DNA of 64,000 bases from assembly GCA_965113315.1 (NCBI GenBank), contig OZ220377.1; one strand, written 5' to 3'. The position numbers and the translations under genes were made by a program. This stretch comes from Podarcis vaucheri. Its lineage: Eukaryota. Of this stretch, positions 1-12,769 are shown piece after piece (position 1 is the first letter of the stretch; each line of letters begins with the position of its first letter). Under the pieces are notes generated by a model. That model had not been told where the DNA came from. It saw only the letters and a list, made by a program, of their open reading frames with translations, and did no database searches.

Positions 1-13
1 GTTGACAGCTATG
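1..13. mobile_element. Right terminus of a CATAGCTGTCAAC-type MITE (runs off window start)
   Basis: GTTGACAGCTATG is identical to the right TIR of the elements at 6300-6388 and 44499-44676. Confidence 0.6.
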
Positions 14-43
14 AGAGTTGTAATAGCCAGATTCCTTTCCTAG

Positions 44-130
44 GAGCTGCAACAGAGACCTTTATACCCACATCCCCAGAAGAACCCATTCCTGAAGTTG
101 CAACCAATAAAACGTTCAAAGAAGCTAAAG
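44..130 (+). CDS. LAYN: Layilin internal coding exon (extracellular stalk)
   Basis: Acceptor ttcctttcctag|GA, donor AAAG|gtaggc; 87 nt, phase 1-1; translates (G)AATETFIPTSPEEPIPEVATNKTFKEAK(E), matching the layilin stalk ending KTFKE(S/A)(R/K)E. Confidence 0.9.
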
Positions 131-379
131 GTAGGCACTGTCATTCATTACCACAGACTGTAATGCAACATTTGATTTCCTGGAGAACACCACAGCAGAG
201 ATAGTTAAAACATCCTGATACTTGTGCTAATTATATCCTCTCTTCCTGCCCCCATTGCTAAAGTTAAAAGGAAAAAGGGGAAATTATGCACAGAGAACCT
301 GGAGCGCAATAACTGCATGAAAAAGTAATGCCTGTTAATTTTTCCACTGAAAGTTAGAGTATCTTTTCCCCCTCAACAG

Positions 380-482
380 AGCCTGTTTGGAGCCTTGCCT
401 ACTTCTTAATCCCCAGCATTCCTGTTTTGCTTCTCCTCGTGGTCATCACAGCCATTTTCAGCTTTTGGCTTTATGCAAAGAG
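380..482 (+). CDS. LAYN: Layilin transmembrane exon
   Basis: Acceptor ttttccccctcaacag|AG; translates EPVWSLAYFLIPSIPVLLLVVITAIFSFWLYAK(R), matching the layilin LAY(I/F)LIPSIP TM segment; ends at GC donor AG|gcaagt. Confidence 0.93.
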
Positions 483-679
483 GCAAGTCACAATATATGA
501 TACGCTGTCATAGATAGCATCTGGTCAGGACCAAGGGGCAGTGTGAATGAATGTAGAACAAAACTGGGAGTGGGGTTGTAATGGAAGAGGAGGGATGTGA
601 AATAGGCTGTAAGAAGCTCAATGAAATTACTATTACACACAACTGGAATGAAATGTTTTTGGTGGCTTTCAAACTATTT

Positions 680-803
680 TAAAATGCTTTAAACATGTTC
701 ATTTTTATTCTGTTTCAAATTGTATTGTTTTAACGTGTTGATGTTTGCTGCCCTGGGCTCCTCTGGGAGAAAGGGTGGGATATAGATTTAATTAATGAAT
801 AAA
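680..803 (+). mobile_element. L2 LINE 3' end fragment
   Basis: gctgccctgggctcctctgggagaaagggtgggatatagatttaattaatgaataaa resembles squamate L2 3' termini; boundaries approximate. Confidence 0.55.
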
Positions 804-1208
804 CATTATTTTGAGAAAGGGGCATGTTAAGTTAACAAATGTGCACACACATAAACATCTGCTGCTATCACTTTTAGGTGTCCTTCCTGTTGCTAGCTTG
901 TATGTGCTTCCAGGGTAAAATTCTACGTTTGGATAAAGGAAGTTATTTTATTGCCTGCAGTTATTATTGCCTTTCTTTTTCCTGCTACTGCTAAGTTCAG
1001 ATTGGATTGTGCCACTACATACTACAGTAAACAAATCTGACCATACCTGAAGTATTCTCTCCCTTTATGTGGCCACAGACTCTGTGTGTGTGTACACACA
1101 CACATTTTCTCTGCACTAACACCACTAGATTAGTTTCTTAGTAAGTGTTTTGTGGTCCAGTGGAAGATAATGGGAAGCTAATACCTTTTTATTTACTTCC
1201 CTTCTAAG

Positions 1209-1569
1209 GAGACGGGAGCAAACGGAGATGAACGCAAAGGAACAGGATACCTGGCTGTCCCCCAAGAGACAGAACAGCCCCAGTTTGGAGATATACAATG
1301 TAATCAGAAAACAGTCAGAAACAGATCTCGCTAGGACCAGACCAGACATTAAGAACTCTTCTTTCCGGGCCCGTCCTGGAGAAGATACTCCCGATGACCT
1401 CTCTGGGGACTATGACAATATGGCTGTCAACACCTCAGAGAGCGGCTTTGTGACTTTGGCCAGCACCGAAAGTGGATTTGTCACCAATGACATATACGAA
1501 CTGTGCAATGACCGAGTGGGGCGAAGCAAAGAATCAGCCTGGGTAGAAAATGAAATCTATGGCTATTAA
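1209..1569 (+). CDS. LAYN: Layilin terminal coding exon (cytoplasmic tail)
   Basis: Acceptor ttacttcccttctaag|G; reads RRREQTEMNAKEQ...LEIYNVIRKQSETDL...DYDNMAVN...ESGFV...ESGFVTNDIYE...ESAWVENEIYGY, stop TAA 1567-1569; diagnostic layilin C-terminus with repeated ES(G/A)(F/W)V motifs. Confidence 0.96.
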
Positions 1570-2957
1570 TGAAGACAGTGCTTTGGCTATTGAGCTAAGT
1601 GGACACTGGAACTAGCTCTGGCACACAGGGATGCGCGCCTTGTAGGCAAAGGAATGTGATTTCTGCATTTGGCAGTGTTTATGTTTTTATGATAAAGGTT
1701 TTCCTTTTTCTGAAAGTGGAATGTGAGGGAATTTATATATGTAGAGCTCTTACTCAGCTAAGGAATATGGCCTTGTGCAATCTTGCTTCCATTCCTTGAC
1801 AGACAGACATCATTCCCTAATAATCTACAGCTTGACAGTATTTCTGTCTTGTGACAACATGCACTTAAATCAAAACTCCTGTCTTTTAAGCTAATTGCCT
1901 AAGCCCAGATGGAGCTTGTGAGTTATTCAGTGATGGTTTTTCCAGCTCCAGGCTAAAAATACTACAGGTGTCACAGGTGACCATCAGTACCTAGTTTTCA
2001 CCAGCTGCCTAGTATCCATCTTTTGTCATCCTGAAAGCCATCAGTTTTCCAGCAAGGAGGGGGCTGTTCCTCTATTGTGCTTTGCTCTTATCCACCCAGC
2101 CTACTTTTGCAACAACTGATTAGCTTTCTTATACCAAAGGCCTCCCAACACAGGACATGGACATCAAATGACATCAAAAACCAACAAAGCAATATGTTTC
2201 GGATGTTGGATGTAACACGTTAAGCAAAAAGACTCATTCCAAGAACCTAAATATAAAGAACTTGCAGTATCTGTGCAGGCAATGCGTTCACCATAGGAAT
2301 GGCGACAATCCCTAACCACTCTTTTTGGAAAGATTGCTAAAGCAAAAATTTATAGACACATCTGCATCTGTAGAGCCAAGAAGGCACTTATATGCTGCTG
2401 TACAATAGACCTCTGTGCCAGGTTTGCTCATATGCCTTGAGGGAAAGATTAAACACTGGTCACTTAATTTTGGAGGAAATAGGTGGCCAGCTACTGTTAC
2501 GTTATTACCTCTTTTATGCTTTCTGCTGCCGGCAAGGGTGTTGAAGACCAGCACAGCTGCACTCCTAGAAGTCCTGATGCAGATGAGATTACTGTGCAAG
2601 GTTAGTGAATGTAATGGGGAGTAGAAAAATACCACCAGTCTGAAACACATAATAACACATTCTGTATAAATCTGTTGTGGTAGAAGCCAATGCATCAGTG
2701 CACTTTTGAGAGGCTAGTAGTGACACCTGGAGATCTGTGGTTGGATTTCCTAATGGTTTTGTGTTGTTGCTTTTTTAGGAAGGGGGAGGGATTCAGATCA
2801 GGGTGGTGGCACTGGGAGATGAAGACTTAACCCTTCCCCTGCCAGTATTTTCTTAATCCAAATTTGCCCACCCCAACAGCTGCTATTTTCCTCCCAGGAG
2901 CAAACATACTTGTATCCATTTCAAACTAATATGGAATGTCCCCTCCCCAACATTAGG

Positions 2958-2978
2958 GTTGTTGTTGTTGTTGTTGTT
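2958..2978. repeat. (GTT)n microsatellite
   Basis: About 7 GTT units read directly. Confidence 0.9.
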
Positions 2979-3149
2979 CATACTGCTGCAAATCTCAGGA
3001 CTCCCCCAAACTTTGTGCTTGGATTATGCCATTTGGCTACATCACTGGAGACTCTTCCTCTTGAAGACTTGAAATAGGACTTAAGGTAAAATGTGATAGT
3101 GCCTCTGAACATTAATTCCATATAGCCAACTTCAGTAATGGGCATTTTT

Positions 3150-3400
3150 AGACCTCTTTGATGAATTTGATTAATCCCGTTTAAAGGCCCTTTTAAAAAA
3201 AAGTCTAACTCAGTGGACATCACTAGATATTATGGCAGCAAATCTAGTGAAGTTAGCAATTATGTATTATGCAAAGCAGCACTTTCTCTTTTCAGTCCTG
3301 AACTGACAGCTAATCAGTTTAATAATTAGATGACCCTGAGTTCTAGTATAATGGAAGAGACAGAAGAACTGCTGTGCGCACTTTCTCTGCTACATGGGTG
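3150..3400 (-). mobile_element. Degenerate CR1 LINE 3' fragment
   Basis: Reverse complement contains actagaactcagggtcatc...ttcaggactgaaaagagaaagtgc, the same CR1 ORF2 C-terminal segment seen at 51070-51150; boundaries approximate. Confidence 0.55.
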
Positions 3401-6299
3401 ATTAATGTCATGTACGGTTTGAGCCTGATAGCATTAACTCTTATATTCTACCCAGCCTTGTGAATGTCCACAAAAAGTACCAAAGCACACAAAAAATTGC
3501 TAGCTCACCTATCCATGCATGCAACATGATTTGGCCAAGGTACAATTTTGAACCCATTCATATCCATGGGAGGATGCTTATCCCATTTATATACTTTTGC
3601 ATAGAAATCAATAGACCGGTGTGTGGCTATTTACAAGTCTTGTTTATCTGTTACATATTTATAAATTTGTTGAATGCACAATTGCAATGTAAGCGTAACG
3701 GGAACTTGACAAGAGCTTCCAAATGCAATTTTTGTGTGTGCGGAATGTGATTTCCTGAACAGTGAAGGTGGAAAGTAAGTCTCTGCATGCCTTTAGCCTC
3801 TTTTTCTTATTACTATTTCTTGTTCCTTTCGTGTTTTACAGTACAATTTTGAAAAGATTTTAAAGTCTAGCAACAGGACAAACACAAGTGATGGAAATAA
3901 CTGAAAGCAAATCTTCATGAGCAACAGTCTTCTGGAAGCAGCATCTAATCCTGATTTTCTACCATCAGTCCTAAGACAGAGGGAAACAAATGAAATTCCT
4001 CCTTTGCCATCGGATATCGAATACATTATACTTTGATTTTGATTTTTTTTAAAAACCATTGATCCTTAAGTGGAATTTTTAAACTTTGACCTCTAAATGA
4101 GCCAGGACTGACAAGACTTCCTCCAGTGTCAAAAAAGGGCCTGATATCTGTTTTTGGAAGCACAATACTAAATGAGGGACTGAAGAAGATGTCGGTTTCA
4201 GGAAATGTAATAAAGTTCCCTGAGATCCTTTCCTCCATGTTTCAGTGAGTTTCTGCCTCAGGTGATGAGAGACCCACACTGGAAAAAGTAACAAAGTGAC
4301 TGGGGCTATGTTTGTACAGTGGTGTCAAAAGTAGTCCTATTGAATTCCATGCTGTAATTCCTGGAAATGTCCAAACCAAACAATCAATGCATTATTTGTT
4401 GACATGTTTAGTTGAGGCCTGCAGTTTTTAACCTGAATGCTACAACTCCTCCGGTTTTCTGCTCCAAGGAAGAAGCTGTGAATTGGAATAAGACCGGGGG
4501 GAAATTGTTTTTTGTTTTGTTATTTGACATGTGACAGAAAAGAAAAGATGCTTAGTAATAGCAGCAGTCTGTTATCGTGTACTGAGTGGAACAGTGTTAC
4601 CATATGAGGCCACAATTTTTTTAAATTATATTGTAAGGTGATATTTGTGGTGGTGTTGGGTTGTATGCATGTGGACGTCTGAAGCCTCTGACTGTGGGTG
4701 GCTGAGTTGCTGTGATGTCATGGAATGTCTGTGAACATTCTAACTTGGAAAGAATGGCACTGAAGACAATAGAATCCCCACAAACAGACCAACTTTTGTG
4801 ATGAAAATAAAGATCAGTTTTGATGGGACTCTTCTCTTCAAGAGGCAGAGAACACAAGGGGTGGAGGAAAGAAAGGGCAGAGAGAAGGGGCTGAAAAGCA
4901 GAGACCAACAGAGCTTTTTCTTCTTCTAATCTAGCACACAGGGATTTGGGGGGATTCCGTGGAAGGGTTAAACCTCACTTCCCACATTCATATCCAGTTA
5001 TAAGAAAAAGGGGTTTGTGCCAAGTATTTTTTTTAACCTAAAAATGATGTGGATGCTAACCACAGGGAAAAAGTAACATCAAATTTGACACTGAGGCAAA
5101 GATTAGCCAAAAAGACATGAGGTCTTGCTTGAGTAGCTAGAAAGCAGGCTAGGCCACTTGGAACCTTGTGGTCAGGGCATAAGGAAATGGGTGTTTATAC
5201 TCCTTACCAGAGTGTATTACTTTGTGTGACATGCAGGGTGTTCAGAGCATATTTTTTCCTATATGTGCAATTCAGCACAAATAGCTGTAATGGAATCTGA
5301 TGACAGCAATTCTCACTGCGTGATTTTCAGACATGTGAGAACTGGCAACCATGTTATGTGAATGGCTCAAACAGAGAAGTTGCTTCCTGCACTTAATGGA
5401 TAGAAAAGGAGCAATTGAATACGCACAATCCGTTAACCCACATATGAATGAGAATCCCCTATAAGGGAAATTCCCTCTCCAGATGATTCCAGTTGGAATG
5501 TAGGGTAGTAGGATCCTGGAATTGGTATCAAGATAGCCTTGGGCACCTTTCAAATTTGATGACTGACAAAACTCTAGTAACTTTTAGTTTACAAACCTTA
5601 GTGTACAAACAGCCACAAACCTTCACTGTATTTTCAGTTACTTTTCCCGTTATCCTGGACATGGGTATTATTGCACTGCTGTCAAGTGCATGTCTGAATG
5701 CAACCTTATATGTTGTTTATCAAGGAATACACATGTTTTGCTGGTGAACTGTTTGCTGGACTATAACTCCATGCTATTAAGATGGCCAGGGTTACTAAAC
5801 ATGTGTGCACATCTACTTCAATGGGCTGAGTCCTCCTGACCACCATTGAATTAGTCAGCACACATCGCTGAATGTGTGAAATTCCTCTACTTAAGTGCAT
5901 TGTGTTTGATCTGTGATGATACAGTCCCACATGCAAGTCGCGTCTTGATGAGCAAGGGATGAGCATGCATGTGTGAATCAGCCATGTGTTGCTTAAAAGC
6001 AAAGGCAACAATAATGCCAAGATTGCTGCCCATGAGCAACAGTCAAAACAGTGCTAGGCAACAGTTGCCAGGTTGCACCAAGGAAGTGGTAGTTAGTTGA
6101 GTGATGCCTCTTGCTTGGTTTCCCAATTGCTGTGCTAAAGGTACCTTTTCCATTAAGTAGTTAGATGCATTTCAATTTTTATTGCTATTTTTAAAAAGTT
6201 AATCAATCTCACTAGCATTTCTTTATTTGCAAGTTATGGCATTGGGGATACCAAGGTTAGTTTCTCATATCACAGGAAATTTCAACATTGCAATGTAAA

Positions 6300-6388
6300 C
6301 AGACTGTCAACTTTTCCCTTTTCTTGCAAGGAATCCTTTTCAGAATAAGGGAATTCCCCTTTAAAAAAGGGAAAAGTTGACAGCTATG
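6300..6388. mobile_element. Short TIR MITE (CATAGCTGTCAAC family)
   Basis: ctgtcaacttttcccttt ... aaagggaaaagttgacag inverted termini; 89 bp. Confidence 0.7.
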
Positions 6389-7457
6389 TATTTTCCCTTA
6401 AAACATGCCTGAGGGTGGATATAGGAAATGCACAGTGCACATCTGTGGAACTATAGCAGACCTAAGATCACAGTCTGCTATTTAGTTTGGATAGGGTCCC
6501 CCCCTTGCTTCTCTGAAGATAAATAATTGCCCACCTCCCATCTTTCATGAAATCAGCAGACATGTAATGCTTACAAAGCAACTGTACCCTCATTAGAAAC
6601 TGGCATTGTTAATATGATGCTTGGGGTTCTACTTATTTTGCATCAAAAGTAGCTAAACCACAATATAAAATTAAAATCAATACCCAGAAGCTACCAGGAA
6701 GTTAAAGAATGAAAAGAAGCCTTGAGAAGAATGTGTGTGGCATGGGAATGAAACAACCATAAAAGTGAATGCTGCTATGATTTTGCTTTGCCAGTATAAA
6801 CACTTCAGGCAGCCAGTTTTCTGGAAAGGAATCCTAGCATTTTTCAACCATTGTAGTCCTTTTTACATTTCTGCTGGCCTTTCCCTGTCAATTGGTCAGC
6901 ATTATTCTGTGACTCCTTCCTTCCTAGCTAGCAGCCTTTGAGAAATGCCTGCTGGCTAAGTTCTGCAAGGCTCAAAATTCTCTGGAAAACTACAGCCATT
7001 TGCATAGGGAGTTCAACGCCAGATAAATGACTACAAGCAGCCTGAACAAAGCTAAGCAGTGTCTGCCAGGGAAGTGTTAGCCAGCAGAATGATAGCCGTT
7101 GGCTGTTCCCCCAATTTTTAACTACATTTCATGAAGCAGTCAGATGCATTTGCTTTTTTAAAAAAGGTTTTAATCATTCTCAACTTTTCTTTTTTAGCTG
7201 GTCCAGCATCATCTGTTACTGGTTTAGGAAAACAGGAAACGAGAGCTGTGCTGGGGAAAGCCATGGCCCCAACCTTTGTGTGTCTTATTCACTCTCAAAG
7301 TGGGATGGCAGCATTTTTAGACGGCTTGGGTCACATGCTGCCTGTGCGCAAGGGTCAAATTAGCTATTTCACACACAGATTCTTTGGTGGCTTCACCACA
7401 AGTTGCTTTTCCAGAGATTTTTTTGGCACAGATGAGCAGCCTTGCAAATGCTATTAC

Positions 7458-7608
7458 CATGGGCATAGCCAGGATTTATGGTTGGGGGGGGGATAGGCTT
7501 TATGTTAGGAGGGGGCAGAACCTTGGTTAGTTTAGAATTTTTACTGATTTACTTGATTATGGGTGGGGGCAAATGCCCCCTGCCCCCCCTCCATTATCTG
7601 TGTCCATG
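7458..7608. mobile_element. Non-autonomous hAT-like element
   Basis: Termini CATGGGCATAG / CTGTGTCCATG; 8-bp TSD GCTATTAC (7450-7457) / GCTATTCC (7609-7616), one mismatch. Confidence 0.75.
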
Positions 7609-8667
7609 GCTATTCCTGAATTTCATAGTAACACTAATTAAATGCCCAACTGTGTATCAGGTTGCTACCCACTTACGTTGCCCATATAACTCAGTGTGAA
7701 GCAAGGAAGTCTGTCCTCATAGCCCTGCCCTGAGTTCTATTTCATACATGTTGATAAAATTGTTGATTAAATCTACATATGGGAAAGTCAATATTTCTGA
7801 AGCAAGAAGCATAATTTGTTTTCAGATATTGCACGCATAGGAGGCATGCGAGAGAAAAGGGGGGATGCCTCTTTTAAGGTAGTGCTTGCCATCTGCAGTT
7901 TTTATAAGCACTTGTATTTTTTTTAATACAAAAACCCAACAACAACTTGTTACATTAACCACTTTCTTGAATATCAAAGACCTACTGTAGAATGACAGAA
8001 TAGTGATCTATGGTAGTGATGGTGGAGACAGTTTTATACTGTTTGGATAGGCTTGGGAGAGCCCAGTAGCTATAGAGTAGGTAAGGGTAGGATAGTCTAG
8101 GAAAGGATCCAAGGGGGGGAAGCAGATAGGAAGAGGGAGATTGCAGGGGAGGCAAGACTAGTCTGGGCATAAGGAACAGCAGGGCTAGAAGCATGAAGAT
8201 GAGAGCAAGAGAGGGAGAGGAATTGGGCTCTGCAACAGATAGTATTTTAGAAGCCAGGTGCAGATGGCATGTATGCTTGAAATGCAAATACAGTATATAT
8301 CAGAAACCTGCAAGAATAGCAGCTGCAGTGTCTGTTTTTTAAAAAATCTGTGTAGGAATTGTTGGGTACTCAAGGCTTCTTTTAAAACAACTTTTTCATG
8401 CTTGTATTGTTTTTGTTATTTGAAGGCTGCATACCAAGTAGATTGGAGCAGAAATTTATGAGGATATTATGATAAAAATTTGGAGTTTCTTCTTCTTTTC
8501 CTGCCTCTGAACTGTAAAATTTCTGTGTGCATGTGCACACAGAAATATTCCACAAAATGCCCCCCACTCCCAAGTCTGCTGCCTGCAAATAAGAGTGGAG
8601 AATTATGGGAGGTCATTTATGCTCAACCCTAAGAACTAGAAAAATAATGTATGAAGAGGAAAAAATG

Positions 8668-8686
8668 TGCACCACTAGAGGGCACC
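8668..8686 (+). promoter_or_regulatory. Candidate CTCF site between LAYN and SIK2
   Basis: CCACTAGAGGGCAC at 8672-8685 is a near-perfect CTCF core consensus. Confidence 0.65.
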
Positions 8687-11600
8687 TTTGTTTCAGATTT
8701 GGCATAGCTGAGACTAATGTCCTGAGCGTTCTGTAGTGTAGGCCACACACTTGACTGGTGAAGGGTTCTGAGCAGCAGAACTGTGTTTGCAAAATGTAAA
8801 TTCTATATGGGATTAAAAACACCCGTGGAAAGGAGGTCCTTTTCTGTCTCCCATGAAAAAGTTGCTGCAAGTATCATTTGATCTTTCCTGTTTCCTCAGC
8901 TGTGCCTCCCCACTGTCACGAAAGGGCACACCCATTAAGAACATTTCATCCAGCCTGCTAAAGTTGGCTCTGCTATTTTTATTGCTGATTTAGCTGCCAA
9001 TAAAAGGACATCAGTTTCTAAAAATGTGCACCAAAGGTTTCCCCAACCTGGAGCCCCCCGGCTCTGGGTGTTTGAGATTATAACTCCCATCGGAGCCAGC
9101 TAGCTAGGTCCACCACATCTACAGCAGATGTTTGGGGAAGGCGGTTGTGCATGTATTACAATTGCATAAAAAGCTGAGTTTGGGGACAATCTACTAAAGG
9201 AACTTTTCTGTCACTTTAATAGCATGAAAGAATAATTACAGGTGAATGAATGAAACACTACAGCAAGGAGGGATAATGAATGGGTTTAAGAGCAGAGTAC
9301 AGCATCTGGTACCATATCATACCATGAGAGGCACTATTCTTAGCTTGCTCTTGCTTAGCTCAACCATCTCTGAAGGTGGATGGCTGACTAATTCCATTCA
9401 GCAGCTTCCATTCATCCACCGGAACTTTTCAGAATGGATAAATCTAGAAGGCAGTAAAGCAAATGTTAGCCATATAAAATAAGTACTGACAGAAATGCCC
9501 AGATGAAAAATTATCTGAGCCCACGTTTAAGGGAAAAGTGGGCAGAAGAGAGCTCCACTTTGATTCCATTACAACACGGGCATCATGTACAAAAACTCCC
9601 TGAAATGGCTGCCTGCCTTTTTGTTTGTTGCTACCCATGAAACATCCTGAAGCGATTAACAATAAAAGTTTGAAATCCAATACAGATACAGACTCAAAAG
9701 GCTTGTTGAAAATGTAAATTCTTCAATATGCAAAACAAAACAAAAACCCAATAGAGACAATAGGCAACCAGCTGTAACATTATTTGAGTTGTATGGTGGA
9801 ATTTAGGAGATGGCTGAGGCATATCAGTTCTGGTTTCTTTTACCTGTACAGTATGTGCATTTTTTTGTCTTGCGTTTTTCAACCCTGAGAAGAAAACCAA
9901 AGAGGGGCTATTCTGGTAAAGTCTTGGCAATCCATGGGAGACAGTGGCGGTTTGGAATCTGTCATTAGGCCAATTGTATAGTACAACTAACACACCAGAA
10001 CTGGATGTGGCACAATACTTGCTTCCAAACCTTTGGACTGGATGGCTACTGAGCTCCAGAGTCCAGAAAGTGGTTAATTTGACTGTATTCAGCAGCAGAC
10101 TAGCTTGGGAGCACATCTTTTGCTGGGGTTAAAACAGTTGTCAGTTTAATCATCAGGGAAACTTGAAGTTAAGCAGAGAAGCCAGAAGCTCTGGCAAATA
10201 TCACAGGTCACAAGAATTGCCAAAACTGGGAGCACTGAACCAAGGGTGGAAGGAGTACCCAGACGGCAAGGAGAAGAGCAAAACCAAAAAACAGGGCAAT
10301 GTTCAGCTTAAAATTTGATGTAGAGGGACTTATTTTACAACTAGATCCATAAATCAGCTTTGTGATGCCTTGGAATGTCACACTAAATTTATAATTTATT
10401 CAGATTTTTATACTGTATAATCATATATCCATATGGTGTAAGAACAGCTTGCTGGATCAGACTTGTGGCTTAGTATTGTGTTCTCAGTGGCCAACTATAT
10501 ATCTATGGGAAGCCCGCAAGAAGGACCTCAGTACAACAGCGCTTTCCCCATAACAACTGACTTTCATAGGCATACTGCTTCCACCTGTGGAGGTAGACCA
10601 TAGTCATCACAGTGTACAAAACAGAGAATCTTGGGTGCCAAATCCCCTCTGAAATAGCCCTTTACAGAAGGGTTCATTGTTGAATGGAGGTTGCAGAGGT
10701 GGACATCAGCTGAAGTTTGCCCCACATAAAACTTCCAGCTGCTATCTGACCAGCTGGTTTTTGTTGTTGCTGTTAGCGTCCAGGGCTCATAGTTGTAGAT
10801 ATGTAAACAAATTGACACTTGCAAATTAATTATAGGCTTTTGACACCATGCAGTAATGACCATGGATAGATTAAAGAAGAATTTGAAGTCAGACATGGGT
10901 AAAAACATGAGAACTAAAGCTCTCAAAAGTAGTTATTAGTTATTTAGATTTTCTCCTCACAACGGTCACACAAGATAGACCACTATGATTTCTACTATGG
11001 AAACTGAGGCTAAAAAAATCAGCCACACAAACTGTAGCCTGGTTCTGTACATAATTAGGCATCCCAAAGCACGTTAAAACTAAGTAACTTAAATTTATTG
11101 TTGTAGGATCCACAAAAAATATAGTCTGCCCTCTGGCTCATACTAGTTCTATCTCCAGAAACAGGATTATGCTAGAATTTGTCTTCTCTCCATATTAACT
11201 AAAAAAAAACTCAGACTCAAAAATACCCTTCAACTCTTTCTGTTTAGGTGGCACTGGCTAGTAGCTACCATACCATTGTTCATCTATCACCCTCCCATCT
11301 AGTTCAACAATTATGGGTATGATAAATCAATAAAGTAAGTGCTGCACAGTTATTAAGATTTAAAACAAAGCAGGATCAAAATAAGTATCTTTTTAGCTAC
11401 TTATTTTGGATTAAAAGGCAGAAATATCTCCATTACTCAATATCCTCTCATGCCCAGACTGTCCTAATCTCTTCCAAACAAGTGCTAGCTCAGTTTTGCC
11501 TTATAATTAGGAATGGTTTTGCAATCATCCAAGTAGGTTTGGAGTCCCCATCGGCTGCCAGGAGTAAATTGGGGGGAATTATAGGATCAAGACAGAAGAT

Positions 11601-12769
11601 AAAAGACACTATGGCACCTTGGAGACTGGTTTTGTTAGGCAATCATCTCTTTGACCTATGTCAGCGATATCACAAGAGTTATATATTTCAGCATCACAAA
11701 CAGACAACCCCTCTTCTGCTCCTTCTCCTTTTCCATAATGCCATGGCCCCACTGGTTGGTATTTATGTTGTAGTATAAATACAATATAGATGCAGGAAGC
11801 ATTTCCTAAGGTGTAACTATTCTCCCTCAAGTCTGCAATTTTGCTTTAGATTAGGATGTTGGTCTGTGGTTTTGTTGCAGAGTTGTGAAGAAGGTTCTAG
11901 GGCACGCATAGTATATGGGGCACTGGTCCTCGGCCTGTTGGGCTTTACCATTCCCCCCCTCCCCCGACAACTTTAGCAATTGGGAAAGGTTGTCTTCCAT
12001 GAGTGATCTTATTAAGAGGGGGAAACCTAAAATTCATTCTTAGGGCAGCACCTTTATCAAGTCAACTAAAATATCACAAAATGCAAGTTTTGAGTTCTCA
12101 TATAGGAATCTATGTTTCCAAGGAAACCCAGGATTACCCAGCACATAGTTTGCAAAAAAAAAAAACAACACCTAAAAACAACAGCTCATTGTGTGCATTA
12201 TTTATTATTCCCATTTAATGGAAGCAGACGGATCACTTCCAAACAACCTAATGAGTATTTGTCCGGTTTTGTTTGCACTAAGTTTGCAAGATTATATACA
12301 ATACCCAACCCAATTTATTGGGCATCCATTCCTCTGTTTGCAAGGTTACATGGCATCAATGTCTAGTAATTAGTGTCCCACTTTCCAGTTTTAACATCAC
12401 TTTCCTTGCTGCAAAAAGGCTGAGGGGGGCGGGGTGTGCTGTTTACTGAATCACTTTCACTGTGCAATCTGAATTTGCCAATATGCAGTTGAATCCCATT
12501 CACAAGCTTTCCTGGTGACTCGAAAATCTTAATCAGGACAAAACAAAGTTTCCAACTTCATTAGGGCAAACTAAAGCATCTCACTGTGAGGGAAACAGTA
12601 GAAGAGAAAGAATCTTCTCCCTCTGTAGAATGGCTATGCACCAAAATGTGTCCATAAAAGTACATTGGGCACATTTATCAGGCAGGCCATTAGCTTGATC
12701 CAGTGAGGCTCTTCTGATGTTATGAAGCTCACCATATTCAAACATTTCGGTATTGAAAGGGAACAACGA

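Noticed and set aside
4209-4811. LAYN polyadenylation signal (AATAAA at 4209-4214 or 4806-4811)
   Set aside because: Plausible, but cannot be chosen or confirmed without transcript data; hexamers are common in AT-rich DNA.
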